This document shows, one piece after another, positions 23,023 to 36,033 of a stretch of 64,000 bases of DNA. Source of the stretch: Felis catus (taxonomy: Eukaryota); the NCBI RefSeq assembly GCF_018350175.1, contig NC_058368.1, forward strand, positions 20,958,001 to 21,022,000, read 5' to 3'. The first letter of the stretch is position 1, and every line of letters begins with the position of its first letter. The notes beneath the pieces were generated by a model. The model was not told the origin of the DNA. It saw nothing but the letters and a program-made list of their open reading frames with translations, and did no database searches. The position numbers and the translations under genes are program-made.

Positions 23023-26000
23023 AAAAGGATGGAAAAATATATACCACATGAATGTTAAACAAAAGGGGGCAGGACTGTCTATACCAATAGCAGACAAAAT
23101 AGATTTTTAAGACAAAAATAGTTATTAGAGTGAAAGACCAATCCCTACAGTAAATACAGCATTTATAAGCAAGTATGCACCCACCAAGAGAGTCCTAAAA
23201 TACATGAACCAAAAATCAAATGGAGGAATAAATGGACAGTTAAACATTAATAGTTGGAAGTTTCAGTACCCACTTTCAGTAATGCACAGATCAACTATAC
23301 GTAAGATAAAAAAGGAAATGGAAACTTGAACAACACTATAAACTAACTAAAACTAACAGATGTCTACTGAACACTGCACACAACAACAGTAGAATACATA
23401 TTCTTCTGAAATGCACATAGAAGGTTTTTCAAGATATACCATATGTTAGACCATAAAACAAGTCTCACTAAATTTACAAGGACTGAAATCATAGTGTGTT
23501 TTTCAATCATAATGGAATAAAGTTAGATGCCAATTATTGAAAGATATGTAGGAAATTCACAAATATATGGAAATTAAGAAACATGTTCTTAAGTAATAAA
23601 TAAATAAGACATCACAGGAGAAATTGGAACACACTCTGACATGAATTAAAATGAAAAGATAATATATCAAAACTTATGTGATGCAGCTAAAGCAGCACTA
23701 AGAGGGAAACGTATAGCTATAAATATCTATTATGAAAAAGAAGAAAGATTTCAAATCAACAATCTTATACTTTAAGAAACCAAAAAAATAAGAGATAAAT
23801 AACCATCCCTCCCCAAAAAAGGAAGGAAATAAATAATATATATTTGAGTGGAAATCAATGAAATAGAAAAGAGAAAAATAGAGGAAATCAATGAAACTAA
23901 ACGTCGTTCTTTGAAAAGATCAACAAAATTGAGAAACCTTTAGCTTAGAGTTACCTCAAAAAAAGAGAGAACTTTAATTTCAAAATCAGGAATGAAAAAG
24001 AAATCTTGCAGAAATAAAATAAGTGATTTTTATTTACATAAAAAATAAAAAGGGTTAAAATGAACTATTTTAGTAATTTTATTCCAACAAACTATACACA
24101 AGTTATTGTGTCCTAAGATACAAACTACTGAAACTGACTCAGGAAGAAATAGAAAACATAAATAAACATAAAGAAGCCAAAAAAAAAATGTAGTAATAAA
24201 AAAACTTTCCATGAAAGTAAAGCCCAGGAACAGAGAGCTTCAGTGGTAAATTCCACCAAATGTTTAGAGAAAAATTAACACAAATGCTTCACAAACTCTT
24301 CCAAAAACATAGAAGAAAAGGTAATATTTCCTAATTCATTCAATGAAATCAGTGTTACCCTGACACCAAATCCAAAGACATCACAAGGAAAGAAAAAACT
24401 ATAAACCAGTATCCCTAATGAATATATATGCAAAAGTTCTCAACAAAGTACTGACACAGTTGATTTAGCAATATAAAAAGAAAAGGGGGCAATTACACAA
24501 AATAATGAACTGGAGTTTATCCCTGAAGTGCAAAGTTGGTTCAACATACCAAAATCAATCAATGTCATACTCTGCATTAATAAGAAGAAAAAACGATCAC
24601 ATGATCAATAGACACAGAAAAATCATTTGAACAAGTCCAGGATGAAAAAAAAATCACGTAAAAATCGTATTAAAACACTCAATAAACTGGGATGGAAAGG
24701 AGTTTCCTCAACCTGATACACAGCATCTAAGAAAAGCCCACAGTTAACATCATACTTAATGCTGAAAGTGTGAAAGCTTTCCTACTAAGACCAGGAAAAA
24801 GTTCTTTCTAACCACTTCTATTCAACATCAAACTGGGACGTTATCACCAGGTTGATTAGTGAAGAAAGAGAAATAAAAGGCATCCAGAGAGGAGAGGAAG
24901 AAGTAAATCTATCTCTATTTGCTGATGATATGATCTTGTAAACAAAAACTTCTAAGGAATCCATTAATATCTATTAGAGCTAATAAACTAGTTCATCAAG
25001 TTTGCAGGATAAAAGATCAATATAGAAAAATCAATGGTATTTCGATGCCCTAGTAATGAGCAATCAGGAAATAGAATTAAGAAAATTTCACCTACAATAG
25101 CATTAAAAAGAATAAAATTCTTAGGAATAAATTTAATGAAATAAGTGTAAGACTTGTACAGTGAAAAATACAAAACATCATTGAAACAAATTAAAGAAGA
25201 CCTTAATTTCTGGAAAGACATCTAGGGGTCATGGATTAAAAAACTTAAAACTATTAAGATGGCAATACTCTCTGTATTAATCTATAGACTTCAAAATCCC
25301 TATCTCTATCAAAATCCCAGCAACTTCTATTTGCAAAAATTAACAAGATAATCCTAAAGTTCATATGGAAATTCAAGGGACTCAGAATAACCAAAATAAC
25401 CGGAAAAAGAACAAAGTTGGAAGACTCACATCCCAATTTTGAAAGCTTCATACTTTAGCCAGCAAACACGTGAAAAAATATTCAACATGATTAGTCATGA
25501 GAGAAATGCAGATCTAAACCATAACACGGTAAAACTGGACACCCGCTAGGACAGCTTTAATTAGAAATACAGTATATATGTATTGGTGAGGATAAGGACA
25601 GATTGGAACCCTCATACAATGCTAGTGAAAATATAAAATGATAGTCCCTTCTAAAATGAGTTGGCAGTTCCCCAAAAAGTTTAGAGTTATAATATGACTC
25701 AGCAACTTCACATCTAGCTATATACCCAAGAGAACTGAAGAATACGTCCACAAAAATGTTTGTGTATATTCATAAAAGCATTAATTATGATAGCCAAAAA
25801 GTAGAAACAACCAAATGTCCATTACTGAGGAGTAGCTAAATGAAATGTGGAATATTCAAACAATGGAATATTATTCAGTCATATAAGGAATGAAGTTCTG
25901 ACACATGCCACAACACGGATTGTAACCTTGTAAAAACATCATGCTAAGTGAAAGAAGCCAGACACAAAAGGCCATACATGATATGGCTCCATTTATATGA

Positions 26001-26499
26001 AAAATCCAAAATATGTAAATCCATAGACACAGAAAATATGTAAATCCAAGGCTCAGTGATTACCAGGCACTGGACAAGGGGGTGACAGGAAGTCACTGCT
26101 AACGGGTATGAGGTTTCTTTTAGGAATGATGGAAATTTTCTGGAATTATATATTAATGACAGTTGCACAATTTTGTGACTATACTAAAAAACACTGAATC
26201 ATGAATGACTTTAAATGAATGACTAGTGTATGTGAATTACATTGCAATTTTTACAAAAAGACTAGAACTTGACATATTATTCCAAGTATTCAAATTAGAT
26301 TAGTTTGCTCCTGAGACAAGTAACAAGTAGACAGTAGTCATCAAGATCCAGCATGGAGCTTTTTAGAAGATGAGGAAAATCAGAAATGAGTGGTAGGAGG
26401 CCAACCCACCATAATTTTTTTAGGTGAGCAGCAGGGGGAGCCCTTGATAGCAAAGAAAACTGCAAAAAATAATATTTATATTTCTGATCATAAAGCTAA

Positions 26500-27420
26500 T
26501 ACATTCTTTCTGCAGAAAGTGTGGAAAAATAGCAAATAAAGATAATTTTTAAAACCGCTGTTAATCCCACTATCCTGATAACCACTATTAACACTTCATT
26601 TGTGCAAATCCTTCCAGTCTTTTTTCTGTTTGTACATATGTATACATATGTGTATATTGTATATATATATATATATACATATATATGTATGTATATATAT
26701 ATGTATATATATATATACACATATAACCAAACCCACCATTTTTTACAAAAGATAAAAGCATGTTGTATGTGAAGCTTTGTATCCAATTTTGTCACTTCAC
26801 ATTAATTTTTTACTTTTTTTCCAAAGTCTTAAAAATTTTTGAGAATATAATTCTTACTGCCTACAGATGTACTGTAATCATAAACTTGTTTGTAGAATGT
26901 TTCCCTTTACAGTCAACATTGCAATAAACTTCCTTGTACCTAGATCTTTATATTCCTTGAAAATATTTTCTAAGGATAGATCCCTAGAAGAGGAATTATC
27001 AGGTAAAATATTACTCACAGCTTTAAGTCTTTGGATACATATTGCCACATTTCCAGCCAGAAACATTCAAAAATCTTTACACTTCCCTCGACCGTGTATG
27101 ATACTTTTCTTTTCCTGAACTTTCTCCAAAATATGTAATCATCTGTTTCATTGTTCAAAACATTCATCAATTTAATAGACAAAAATGACTGTCTTCCTTC
27201 AATTGTTTTTAAATAGTTATCATTTACATTGGTAGAATTCTGTCTTTTTCGGACACAGGTCTACGAATTTCGACAAACAGACACAGTCAAATAACCACCC
27301 TTCTACCAAACAGATGTTTCTGACACCCTGAGAAGTTCTGTAGCTCTCGTAATCAATCTCCTTCCTCTTACCCTCACCCCCTGGCAACCTCTGCTCTGTT
27401 TTCTGTCCCTATATATTCTC
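26500..27420 (-). mobile_element. Old L1 fragments (L1ME/L1MC-like) with a (TA)n-rich tract at 26632-26724
   Basis: 'aatcccactatcctgataaccactattaacac', 'atagatccctagaagaggaattatcagg', 'cccctggcaacctctgctctgttttctgtccctata'. Confidence 0.65.
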
Positions 27421-29514
27421 TGTAATATTTTTATTTCTCAGGCTTCCAATTGGAACCAAAGCCAGCCATCAGCAACTAGCACAAGGTCCTCTACTGCTCG
27501 TTTAACAGCCATGTTTTCTTTGCTGACGACCAACAGGTCGGTTCCCAAGTCAGCAAACCTGAACTCCAGCTCCAGACCCAGGCAGATTCCTCCCCTGAGA
27601 CTTGGCCTGCCTTCAGTTGGGCCGTCATGCGCAGACAAGCCTGACAAGGCGAGGAGCCGGCAGGAAGGGTGGCCCTTGTGGCATGAGTGCCAATGGCACA
27701 TGCGTGTGCATGTACGTGCGCACGTATGCACGCGGCAGAGTCCCAGTATATTTTTACAGGTTTTGTACATCTCCAGTGTGAGTAACATACTGGAGAGGAG
27801 ATGAGCCAGCGGGTTCTGAGAAATAACCCTCTTTGAACTTTTCCTCTCTGTCATCTGATTGCTGAATGGTGTGAGCGTGCGGTCTGTGGGTGAGGGCTGG
27901 ACGGCCTGGGGAGGGTTGGCTTCTACTGAGTCAAAACGCAACATCAACACCTTGGGGTGATCCAAGGCCTGAGAACCAATTTCAGAAACATGTAAGCTGC
28001 CAAAGAAATGCGCCTTTAAGCATAACGTCTGGAGCAGTTAGGAAGGTTTCTCATTTTTGTCATTTAACGTCCATGGCCTCCCCTGATACCTCTTTTCCTG
28101 GTTCCACACACATGGCTTGGGCTGCTTTCCTAGTTCGCTTAAACACCATTGTAAAGAAACCTATCTGTGGTTTTATGTTACCCCATTGGAGTGTTGTCTG
28201 TGAATACAGGGCATAAAAGAGGATAAATTGCCTAACTCAATCTACCCTTGAGGCCTGCCACATTAAAAAGATATACCGTGGAACTTTCGTCTGCCCTGGA
28301 ACTGCTGGGAAACGAAGAGATCGCGGTGTTTAAGGAAAACTCTGAGTCCCACTTGATGAAGATAACTCTCTGATCTACTGTTGTGCCTATATATAACATT
28401 TTATATTTGTCAAGGCCTTTCAACATTTACAGTTAATAACTAGTCCTGGAAGAATATTTGTAGCTTATATTAACTCTTACCCTGGAGACACATGAGGACA
28501 AGAAACGTGGGAGAATAAGGCATTTGGTAGGCTTAAATTCAAACCCACAGACACTCAGACTTCATCATCCACCCAGGTCTGCAGTTGACCACTTAGGGCT
28601 ACTTTACCTCAAGCACAAAATTTCTGAATTATATGTCACACTAAGAAGGTGCCTTATTGATTTCATCTGTTTTCTTTTTCCTCTTACTATGTCCCGGTTA
28701 ATTGTTTATATATTGGGCATTCATTTAGCAGTACGTACAGAGAGGGGCCATACATGTTTGTCTGTTTGTAGTTAATCGTGTGAGGGAAGTTAGAGAACCT
28801 TCTATTTGCTCACTTGGTCCTTTATTGAGAAGGACTCTTGCCACCTCGCTAAGTCCAGCTCGCCCGAGGTCTGTGCCATGAGGACTCCTGGTTTGAGAAT
28901 CACCGATTTAAATGGTGTTTCACTGTATCCACGGCCAGTTCTGCTGCTCTGCTCGGCAGAGATGCTGATTGGCAGGGTCTATGGATGGCCACGCAGACTC
29001 TGGTGCATCAGTTGCCCAGCTTGTGGGAAGGAGCTGTAGTCTTGGAAGGCAAAGGTGAACATTTTCATCGCCAGCCTTCTTTCAGGTACTTCACTGAGCC
29101 CTGGGCTACAAATTGTCACCAGCAGGGGAGAAAGGCTCTGGTTCATGGTGCCACGGGCGTCTAGTGATGCCTTGGGCATCACCTGCCAGTCCCGTCTGAC
29201 CGTCTCCTGTGTGCAAAGTGACAACCTGGTGATGCCTGTGGTGAATAACCAAGTCCCCTCCCACGAGAGCTCTGTGGCCCTTGCTACTCTACCTTCTCCT
29301 GGGCTCCAGCTGAGGATGGCTCATGTGAAGGCAGCAGGGCAAGTTCTGGGCTGCCTTGGGCTGATGATGGTGATACGAGAGTTAAATGTGGCATTTGCTT
29401 CAAAGAGGCTCCCCTCTCCGCATTCTCCAAATCATCAGACCTCCCTCCCTACATACATAAACAGGTGTGCCCTAAGATCGGCTACGTTTTGGAGAAAACA
29501 AGGAAATGATAACA

Positions 29515-29770
29515 AATAGCAAAACTTGTATTAAAATAACATTTTCCCCTGTATCAGGCACTGTGCTAAGAACCTCACATTCATGATCTCATGCAAGTCT
29601 CACAAGAGCCCCGTACAGACTGATGTTGCTGCTTCCCCATTTTGTAGATGGGAAAACTGAGGCATAGAGGTTAAAAAAACTCACCCGTAGGAGCACATAC
29701 TCAGTAAGTGACTGCATCAGAGTTCACACCTAGTTTTGACCCCCAAGTGTGTCCTCTGAACTAGCATCCT
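29515..29770. mobile_element. MIR
   Basis: 'caggcactgtgctaag...cccattttgtagatgggaaaactgaggcatagaggttaa'. Confidence 0.85.
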
Positions 29771-32089
29771 TCTGTGCACATTTCACGTCTAGGAGCCCCA
29801 TCAAGCCTTGCGACTACCAAAACAGTCGCACGAATGAGGGCATCTAGAGTTCTGACTAGGAGAAGACTCAAAGCGAGAGCCCAGCTCAGCAGGGATGGAG
29901 AACGTGGGTGTATCCCCGTGGCCTGCTGGGACCTTGTCTAGGTCCATTTGTTTTTATAACCACGGTACTGCACAGTCATTTAAAAACATGTGCTGGCCAG
30001 GGCGGAACATCTGATGGCGGTAACCCGCCTGGTGCTGGCAGCGGGCGAGGAGGGAACAGATCGGGTGAATATGGGTCAGCCCTTCCAGGGCAGAAAGGAA
30101 GGGAACGTTAATTTTTAGTAGGAACGATGAGGAAAGCAGTCCTGAAATGTTTTTTTACAGAAATAGAAACCAGTGAAACAGAAGCCAGCACTCTACTACT
30201 TTAGAAAAAGAAAGAGCCCTGCAACAGACAGGCAAGCGATCGGCAGCTACTGCCAAGCTCAGAAACTTGTCTTATTTAGTTTGTTCCCCCAAAGTAGCGC
30301 CTACCCAAACCACCAGAGGAAGGTAAGTGATAACAAACAGATCTGAAGTCGGGGCCCCAGTCACAGCAGCAATCACCGCTGTAGCTCGCAAATGCCACCC
30401 AAGTGCTAGGTCAGGGCTCACGGCGCACGTATAAACGGTCCCTGCTCCATCCAGCCGACGGAGACCATCCCAGCTGCAGGCAATAACCAGGCACGCAGCT
30501 TCTAACCTGGCCTCCAGGACCCAGTAAGTATAGATAATGCTTGACTTTGCTGTAAAGCCCTCCTAATTCTCCAAGGATCTTTCCCAGAGGGAAGACGATG
30601 CTTTATGAGAAGCAGAATCTATCTCTGGCCCCAGTGTCTGTGCCCAGAGCTGGAGAGCCAGGCCTTATACGCAGAATAATTGCTACATCTCATGCTGTAC
30701 TGCACAGACTTCCTTACCAGCTGTAACTTTCTATTTGCCTGACCCTGTTATTACTGGCTCCTGCTTGATTTTAGGGACATTAACCTGCCCATATGCGTCT
30801 GCTGGTGCCTTGCCTGTCAACTCCAGCTTAAAGCCTTCTTAAAAAGGTGCTTTGTGAGCTTTCCTTTCACACGTCTTTTGGGGCCTTTTTCTTTCCAGGT
30901 TCCTCGCTTTTCTTCCGCTCACTCCTTCCCTCCACCTGGTTGAAGCAGAGGATTTGAGCTTTCCTTAGGATCACTTTACAAGCTGGCCCGTCACATTACT
31001 TGAGGATATGTGGTAAAAGCCTGTTTCCAGGTCACAGATTCAGATCTGTGGAAACTTCCCAGACAGTTCTGAAATTCTGAGCTGGGGTTCTGGTATCCAG
31101 ACTCTAGCTAAGCTAGATCCTTGTGGGCTGCAAGCAGTCCTGATGACGTAGGCCATCTATCTAAGCCTCCCTGGGCTCCCAAACCCCAGGGAGTGGAGGA
31201 GAAGGGGGAGTATGGGAGACCTGCCCCCACTCACTATCAACAGGTCTTGTTAATTTCTCTGTTCTAAGAAGAAACAACATTTCTGTGCGGAAGCCAGAGT
31301 CCAGCTTATTTTAGTCATTCTTCTCTGTACGTTGGTTGTCCTTGCTGCCCTGCCGGGGGGCTCCAGCTCCAACCTGAGCTCTTAAATGTAACTAGTTCTG
31401 ATATCCTCACCTGTTGCTGTAAGGTGTCCATCATGACAGGTGGATCCGAGCACAGAATACAGCGTGAGCACGTGAGTGGTCTTCAGCCAGTTCCCGTGGC
31501 CGGTCGGACCGCTGCATAGGACCCGCTGTAAGAAAAAGGGGTCACAATCTACCACAGAAACTGCAACATGACAGGGAAACTTATTCTTAGATGTTGTCTC
31601 TACCGGAGACAGAATCAGGGATTTGGTTTAAACGTGTTCTGGCTTAGAATCAAAAAACCAGGTTTTGTGTCCGCCCTTTTGGTTCACAATTCTTGAAGAC
31701 GGTTCTTGCACAATCACACCCCCACAGAACCTTGGTGAGACTCCTATCACATGAGGAAATGCGTGCGAGATTGCTTTGGAAAACACCACAAATAAAAGAG
31801 GCCATTGTTGTCAGGCCTTGGTTCTGAGGCAAGAGAACCAGGGCATAGAGAAGTACGAGTTAGAAATCACCCAGTCTCAGCTGCTGGGGGGTAACTCAGG
31901 CCTTCGCAGACCCTCCCTCTGGGGTCCGTCCTGGAATGTGCTGCTGTAACAGCAGAGGGAACACAGACAGTGCTGCTCACGGTAGTGACGAAACGGCCAA
32001 TTCCACTATCGGCTGTGATAGAACTCAGCCCAAATTATTTTCCTGAAGCTTGAATCTCATTGAATAGCCCTCAGCTCATTGGAGACAGA

Positions 32090-32330
32090 GAAAGTAGTGT
32101 CAAGACCGTGGGCCATGGGACCAGACTGCCTGGGTGTGCGTCTATCTCTGCATCCCGTTAACTAGGCAACTTTAAATGAGTGACATGACCTGTCTTTGCT
32201 TCAGTTTGCTCATCTGTAAAATGGTGATAAAAATACTATCCACTTCATACAGTTGAGAATAAAATGAATAATAAATGTAAAGTACTTTAAATAATTTCTG
32301 ATGTGTGGTGAGCTCAGTGTGGCTATTATG
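32090..32330. mobile_element. MIR
   Basis: 'ccagactgcctgggt...cttcagtttgctcatctgtaaaatggtgataaaaata'. Confidence 0.85.
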
Positions 32331-32354
32331 CTTTTCCAATAAAATAATCTATTC

Positions 32355-32553
32355 TTTTTTTAAAGTTTATGAATTCATTTTGAGAGAGTGAGAGAGAGCA
32401 CAAGCAGGAGAGGGGCAGAGAAAGGGGGAGAGAGACAATCCCAAGCAGGCTCCGCACTATCAGCATGGAGCTCGGTCCCACAAACAATGAGATCAGAACC
32501 TGCGCGGAAATTAAGAGTTGGACACTGAACCAACTGAGTCACCCAAGCACCCC
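32355..32553 (-). mobile_element. Older Can-SINE
   Basis: Antisense SINEC ending 'ctgagtcacccaagcacccc'. Degenerate TSD aaataatctattct / aaataatctgctct. Confidence 0.92.
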
Positions 32554-32789
32554 TCAAATAATCTGCTCTTAAAAACTGAAGTGTGTGTTCTAAATTGCAA
32601 AAAAGAGATGGGAAGAGATGGATTTTTTTTTTTAAGGCATAATAGAGACTGGGGTTTGACGTGGCTTCAAGAAATCCAATCTCTCTCCCCCGACTCCAGT
32701 GTGTGGTGTCTAACGTGTCTGGGTACCCGGGGAAGGCAGTGATGACTTCTCCTCCCCCTGGCGGAGCCCAAGACTAGAGGAAGACAGCT

Positions 32790-32970
32790 ATGGCTAAACC
32801 CAGCCTCCTCCTCCACCAACCGCTGGACGACCATGGACACTTGGCTTATCTTCCCATGCCTCACTTCCTAAACTTCTCAGTGAGAGAACAATAGTACCTT
32901 CCTCACGGGGTTGTCGCTCAGAGCAGTGCGCAGAGTAGATTCACAATAAATTTCAGCTATTCCTGTTATT
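32790..32970. mobile_element. MIR fragment
   Basis: 'aaacccagcctcc...acaatagtaccttcctcacggggttgt...caataaatttcagctatt'. Confidence 0.6.
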
Positions 32971-35900
32971 ACCGTACCATTCGCCACTCCCCAGCTTTGC
33001 GACTCAGAGTTTCAAGAAATTACAGCAGTTTCCCTTTTCAGGTTCAAGTAGAAGAGCTAAAACAGCAGACAACTGCAACCTGACATCGGATCGTCTACTG
33101 AAGACAAGGACAGGAAATGCCACATCATTACAATCAGGCTGTTTGTTCACACAATGTGACAATATCTACAGTCACTGACTCATGGCAAACTTTTTATGAA
33201 TTACAGCGAGTTAGCTGTTCACATTTCAAAGCCTCTCCATACGTGAAAACCCACCCACCCCCCCCTTAGACATTCCTTAAGGTTGCGTAACAAACCGGCC
33301 CAGAAGACATGGGAGACCCCTCGTCTCTGGTTTTAACATCAGGTATGGTGGATACCAGCTACCACACCAGTGTCGACCGATTCCAGTCACTTGAAGTGCC
33401 ACTTTCAGTTTTGCTGTGGTTTGGCCCACCTTCCCATTTGGAGGCGATACATTTTTGAGAACTGCTCATCAGAATGTTCGAAAAAACTCGCAAATGGCAA
33501 GAACTGAAAATGCCAAGTGATTTCAACTTTTTTAAATAGCTGTGTGGGGCTGGTGACCTTAGTCAGGTCGGCCATCGAGTTTTGGATCTGGCAATAAAAG
33601 TCACAGAGTGAGTCAACTAACAGTGCGGAAGGGATGAGACAGCATGATTTTTTTTTTTTTTCTTCTAGCTTCTCTAGCATCGGGGCTGACCCTGCAGACA
33701 GGGTGCTTGGTTTCTGACATGCTGGGAGGGTCCCCGGAGAATGCTAGAGATCAGAATAGGCTGCCAGAGGAAAAGGCTGGTATCAGTAAGTTCACACAAC
33801 ATTCAGTAGCACTGGAACATAGCCACCCATTCCATTTCTCCAGCCTGATAATCCAGGACAATCAAGGGAAAGAGCAGAAATTTTGGTGGCTTTTAGGATT
33901 TTTAAAGTTTCATCTGGGCAAACCCAGAAACATCAATGTTATCCAGACCTTTCCACTGTTCATTTCTGAGACTCCAAGACTAAACTTAAGACTGGCCTAG
34001 CACAGCAGATGGTTTGCCTTTGCCTGAGAGAAGACAAAAACTTGAGAAGAAAGAGGGTCTTTGGAAACACTGGCTTTCCTTGAGGATCCCCTGAAGGTTG
34101 TCAAGCACCAGACAAGAGGACCTGATCCCCCGACATGCTAAACAGAGTTACCTCCTTCACAATGACATGCAAATTTGCAAACGTTTTATGCCTTATTAAG
34201 AAAATTATTCAAGCCCAGGAAATGTGAGGGTTAAATGCCTTGCTCTCATAAACACACTGCAATGAGAAAGAAGATTTCAGATATTATGTGGAAAAATGCA
34301 ATAAAGTGCTGACTTAGCCCATTCCACTCCATTGAATTGTTCAGCAATTATGGTCATCCCCAATGCCCTAGAAAATTAAAGTGCATGATGAAATCCCAAT
34401 CTAAGGATATCAGCTGCTATGTTACTAAATAAACGACACATCCCATTTTAAAAGCATTTAAAACTGTATCAAAAGAGGTCGTGCTGAAGAGGGACTATAA
34501 TTTTAACATCATCTGCTGCACACTTAAATTTTAACTTGAAGCTAAACGTTGCAAAGTTAAATCAATTTTATTTGATCTCACGGGGGAATTTACGCGCCTT
34601 CATTTGGGATGGATGGAACCCTTGGCACAGTCCAGAATTTATTAAGACTCCTGTCCCACAGGAACAGTTAACTCTTTGATCCTAGCACACTCCCTCCTCC
34701 TAGAAGAGTTATTTAAAAGTTACACGTCCCCCCCCCCCTTTTTTTTAAACCCAAGCCCAGCAGGCACAGACATACAATTCCCCTTTCTCTCTTTTTCTGT
34801 CTCTCCTTCCCTGGAGTCTCTAAAGCAGTTCCTTCAGCTCTAGTTTTCTTTTTCTAAATTTAAAAACGTGGCTTGTGGCTATAAAAGTCTCCCCCACCTT
34901 GAGCAGCGCACCCCCCCCCCACAGTCCCCTGGGGCTGTTATTGGCATGATGTGTAAATTAACTGGAGTCACTTAGAGCCCTCAGTTAGCTTTTAGTCAAA
35001 CATTAGCAGCAGTGTTTACTCTTGTGTAATCTTCAGTTGTTACTTAATTTAATGCCCGTCAGCATTAAAAAAAAAAAAAAAAATGTTCAGCAAATCCTTG
35101 GCACAGGCTGTTGGGTTTCGTTCCTCTTCCCCTCCCCCACCTTGACCCAAATCAAGCTCAACTGAATCTGAGTAAAGGCTTTCTAATATTTTTAATTCAC
35201 GAATGCAGCTCTCTCTCTTTAAGACTTTGCTTTCTGAGGCAATCCAACCACGTTCTACTCAGAAGCCTTTGCTTGGCACCCCCCACCCCACCTTACATCA
35301 AAGCGGGGGAACTGTAAATTGTATAGTTTTTGTTTCTGGTTCCTCTGGCAGTTATTTGTGAGTGATGTAAGATGGGAAGCATCCTCAAACTCACATTTGG
35401 AAGAGGATGGTGTGGCCCCCTGAGAAAAGCCCACTGAAAACTAACTTTGAAGGTCTGCCCAGTGGCGAGCTAAAAGCTGAACATATCACATCATAATTCA
35501 TGCACAACTTTGTCTCTTTTGAACCTTCTTCCTCAGCTGCCACCACCTCTAAAGTAAATAAATAGAGCCCTGGCCATTCTGTGGCCTTCTGGAGCGCTCT
35601 TTTCATAATGTGAAATGCATCTATGTCCAGCAGGAGAACTTCTCCAAGGCTATCATCAAGGCAAAAGGAATTAATGACTTCAAATGCAACAGGGAGGCTC
35701 AGCTTCGAGAGCAAAGCCCATTCTTAAGGGGAAAAGAATGCAGGGGAAATTACGAGACTACCTTTCAAAGACACAAAGTACAGTTCCTCCTCTGTTGCCC
35801 CTCTTGGTCTCCTTGGGCTCTGTGCAGGAGAATGCTTTCCTCAGTCCAGGGGCTCTGGTTAGTAGCACCATACTCTGTATTCTGGGCCAAGAAGAGAAAT

Positions 35901-36033
35901 GTCACCTGGAAAGTCTCATGCTTGTTCGGGAGATGTGATCAAAAGAATGTGTTCACCTAAGAAGGAAAAAAAGATCCTGAGTCAGTCAGGTCTCAACTCA
36001 ATGTTCCATCCTCTTCCTCAAAACCTTGACTTT

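Larger units (their letters stand above)
21735..26236 (+). mobile_element. Degenerate, internally deleted L1 (L1M/L1MB-type): 5' region, ORF2 EN-RT and 3'UTR
   Basis: L1 5'-like segment 21735-22640. ORF2 motifs from about 22650 ('gcagaatgga', 'gaaagatcaacaaaattga', 'tatttgctgatgatatgatc' = RT FADDM). 3'UTR ends at about 26236. Many stops and frameshifts. Confidence 0.9.

Noticed and set aside
27438..27965. 175-aa minus ORF and overlapping plus ORFs
   Set aside because: Stop-poor GC-rich and microsatellite sequence; no recognisable homology.
28474..28525. Minus-strand acceptor followed by G then GTAAGA (ctccag-G-gtaaga)
   Set aside because: Implies a 1-nt exon and is not the AG|GT geometry of a recursive site; no other support.
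33028..33085. Plus acceptor followed by VQVEELKQQTTAT*
   Set aside because: Too short to assign, on the opposite strand to the better candidates, and compatible with chance.
17377..34174. Shared 13-mer ATGACATGCAAAT at 17377 and 34162
   Set aside because: Dozens of 13-mer matches are expected by chance in 64 kb.
35862..35880. TAGCACCAT, the miR-29 5' end
   Set aside because: The match stops after 9 nt and there is no pre-miRNA hairpin.
35391..35960. Overlapping 107- and 116-aa ORFs on both strands
   Set aside because: No recognisable protein and no consistent exon boundaries.
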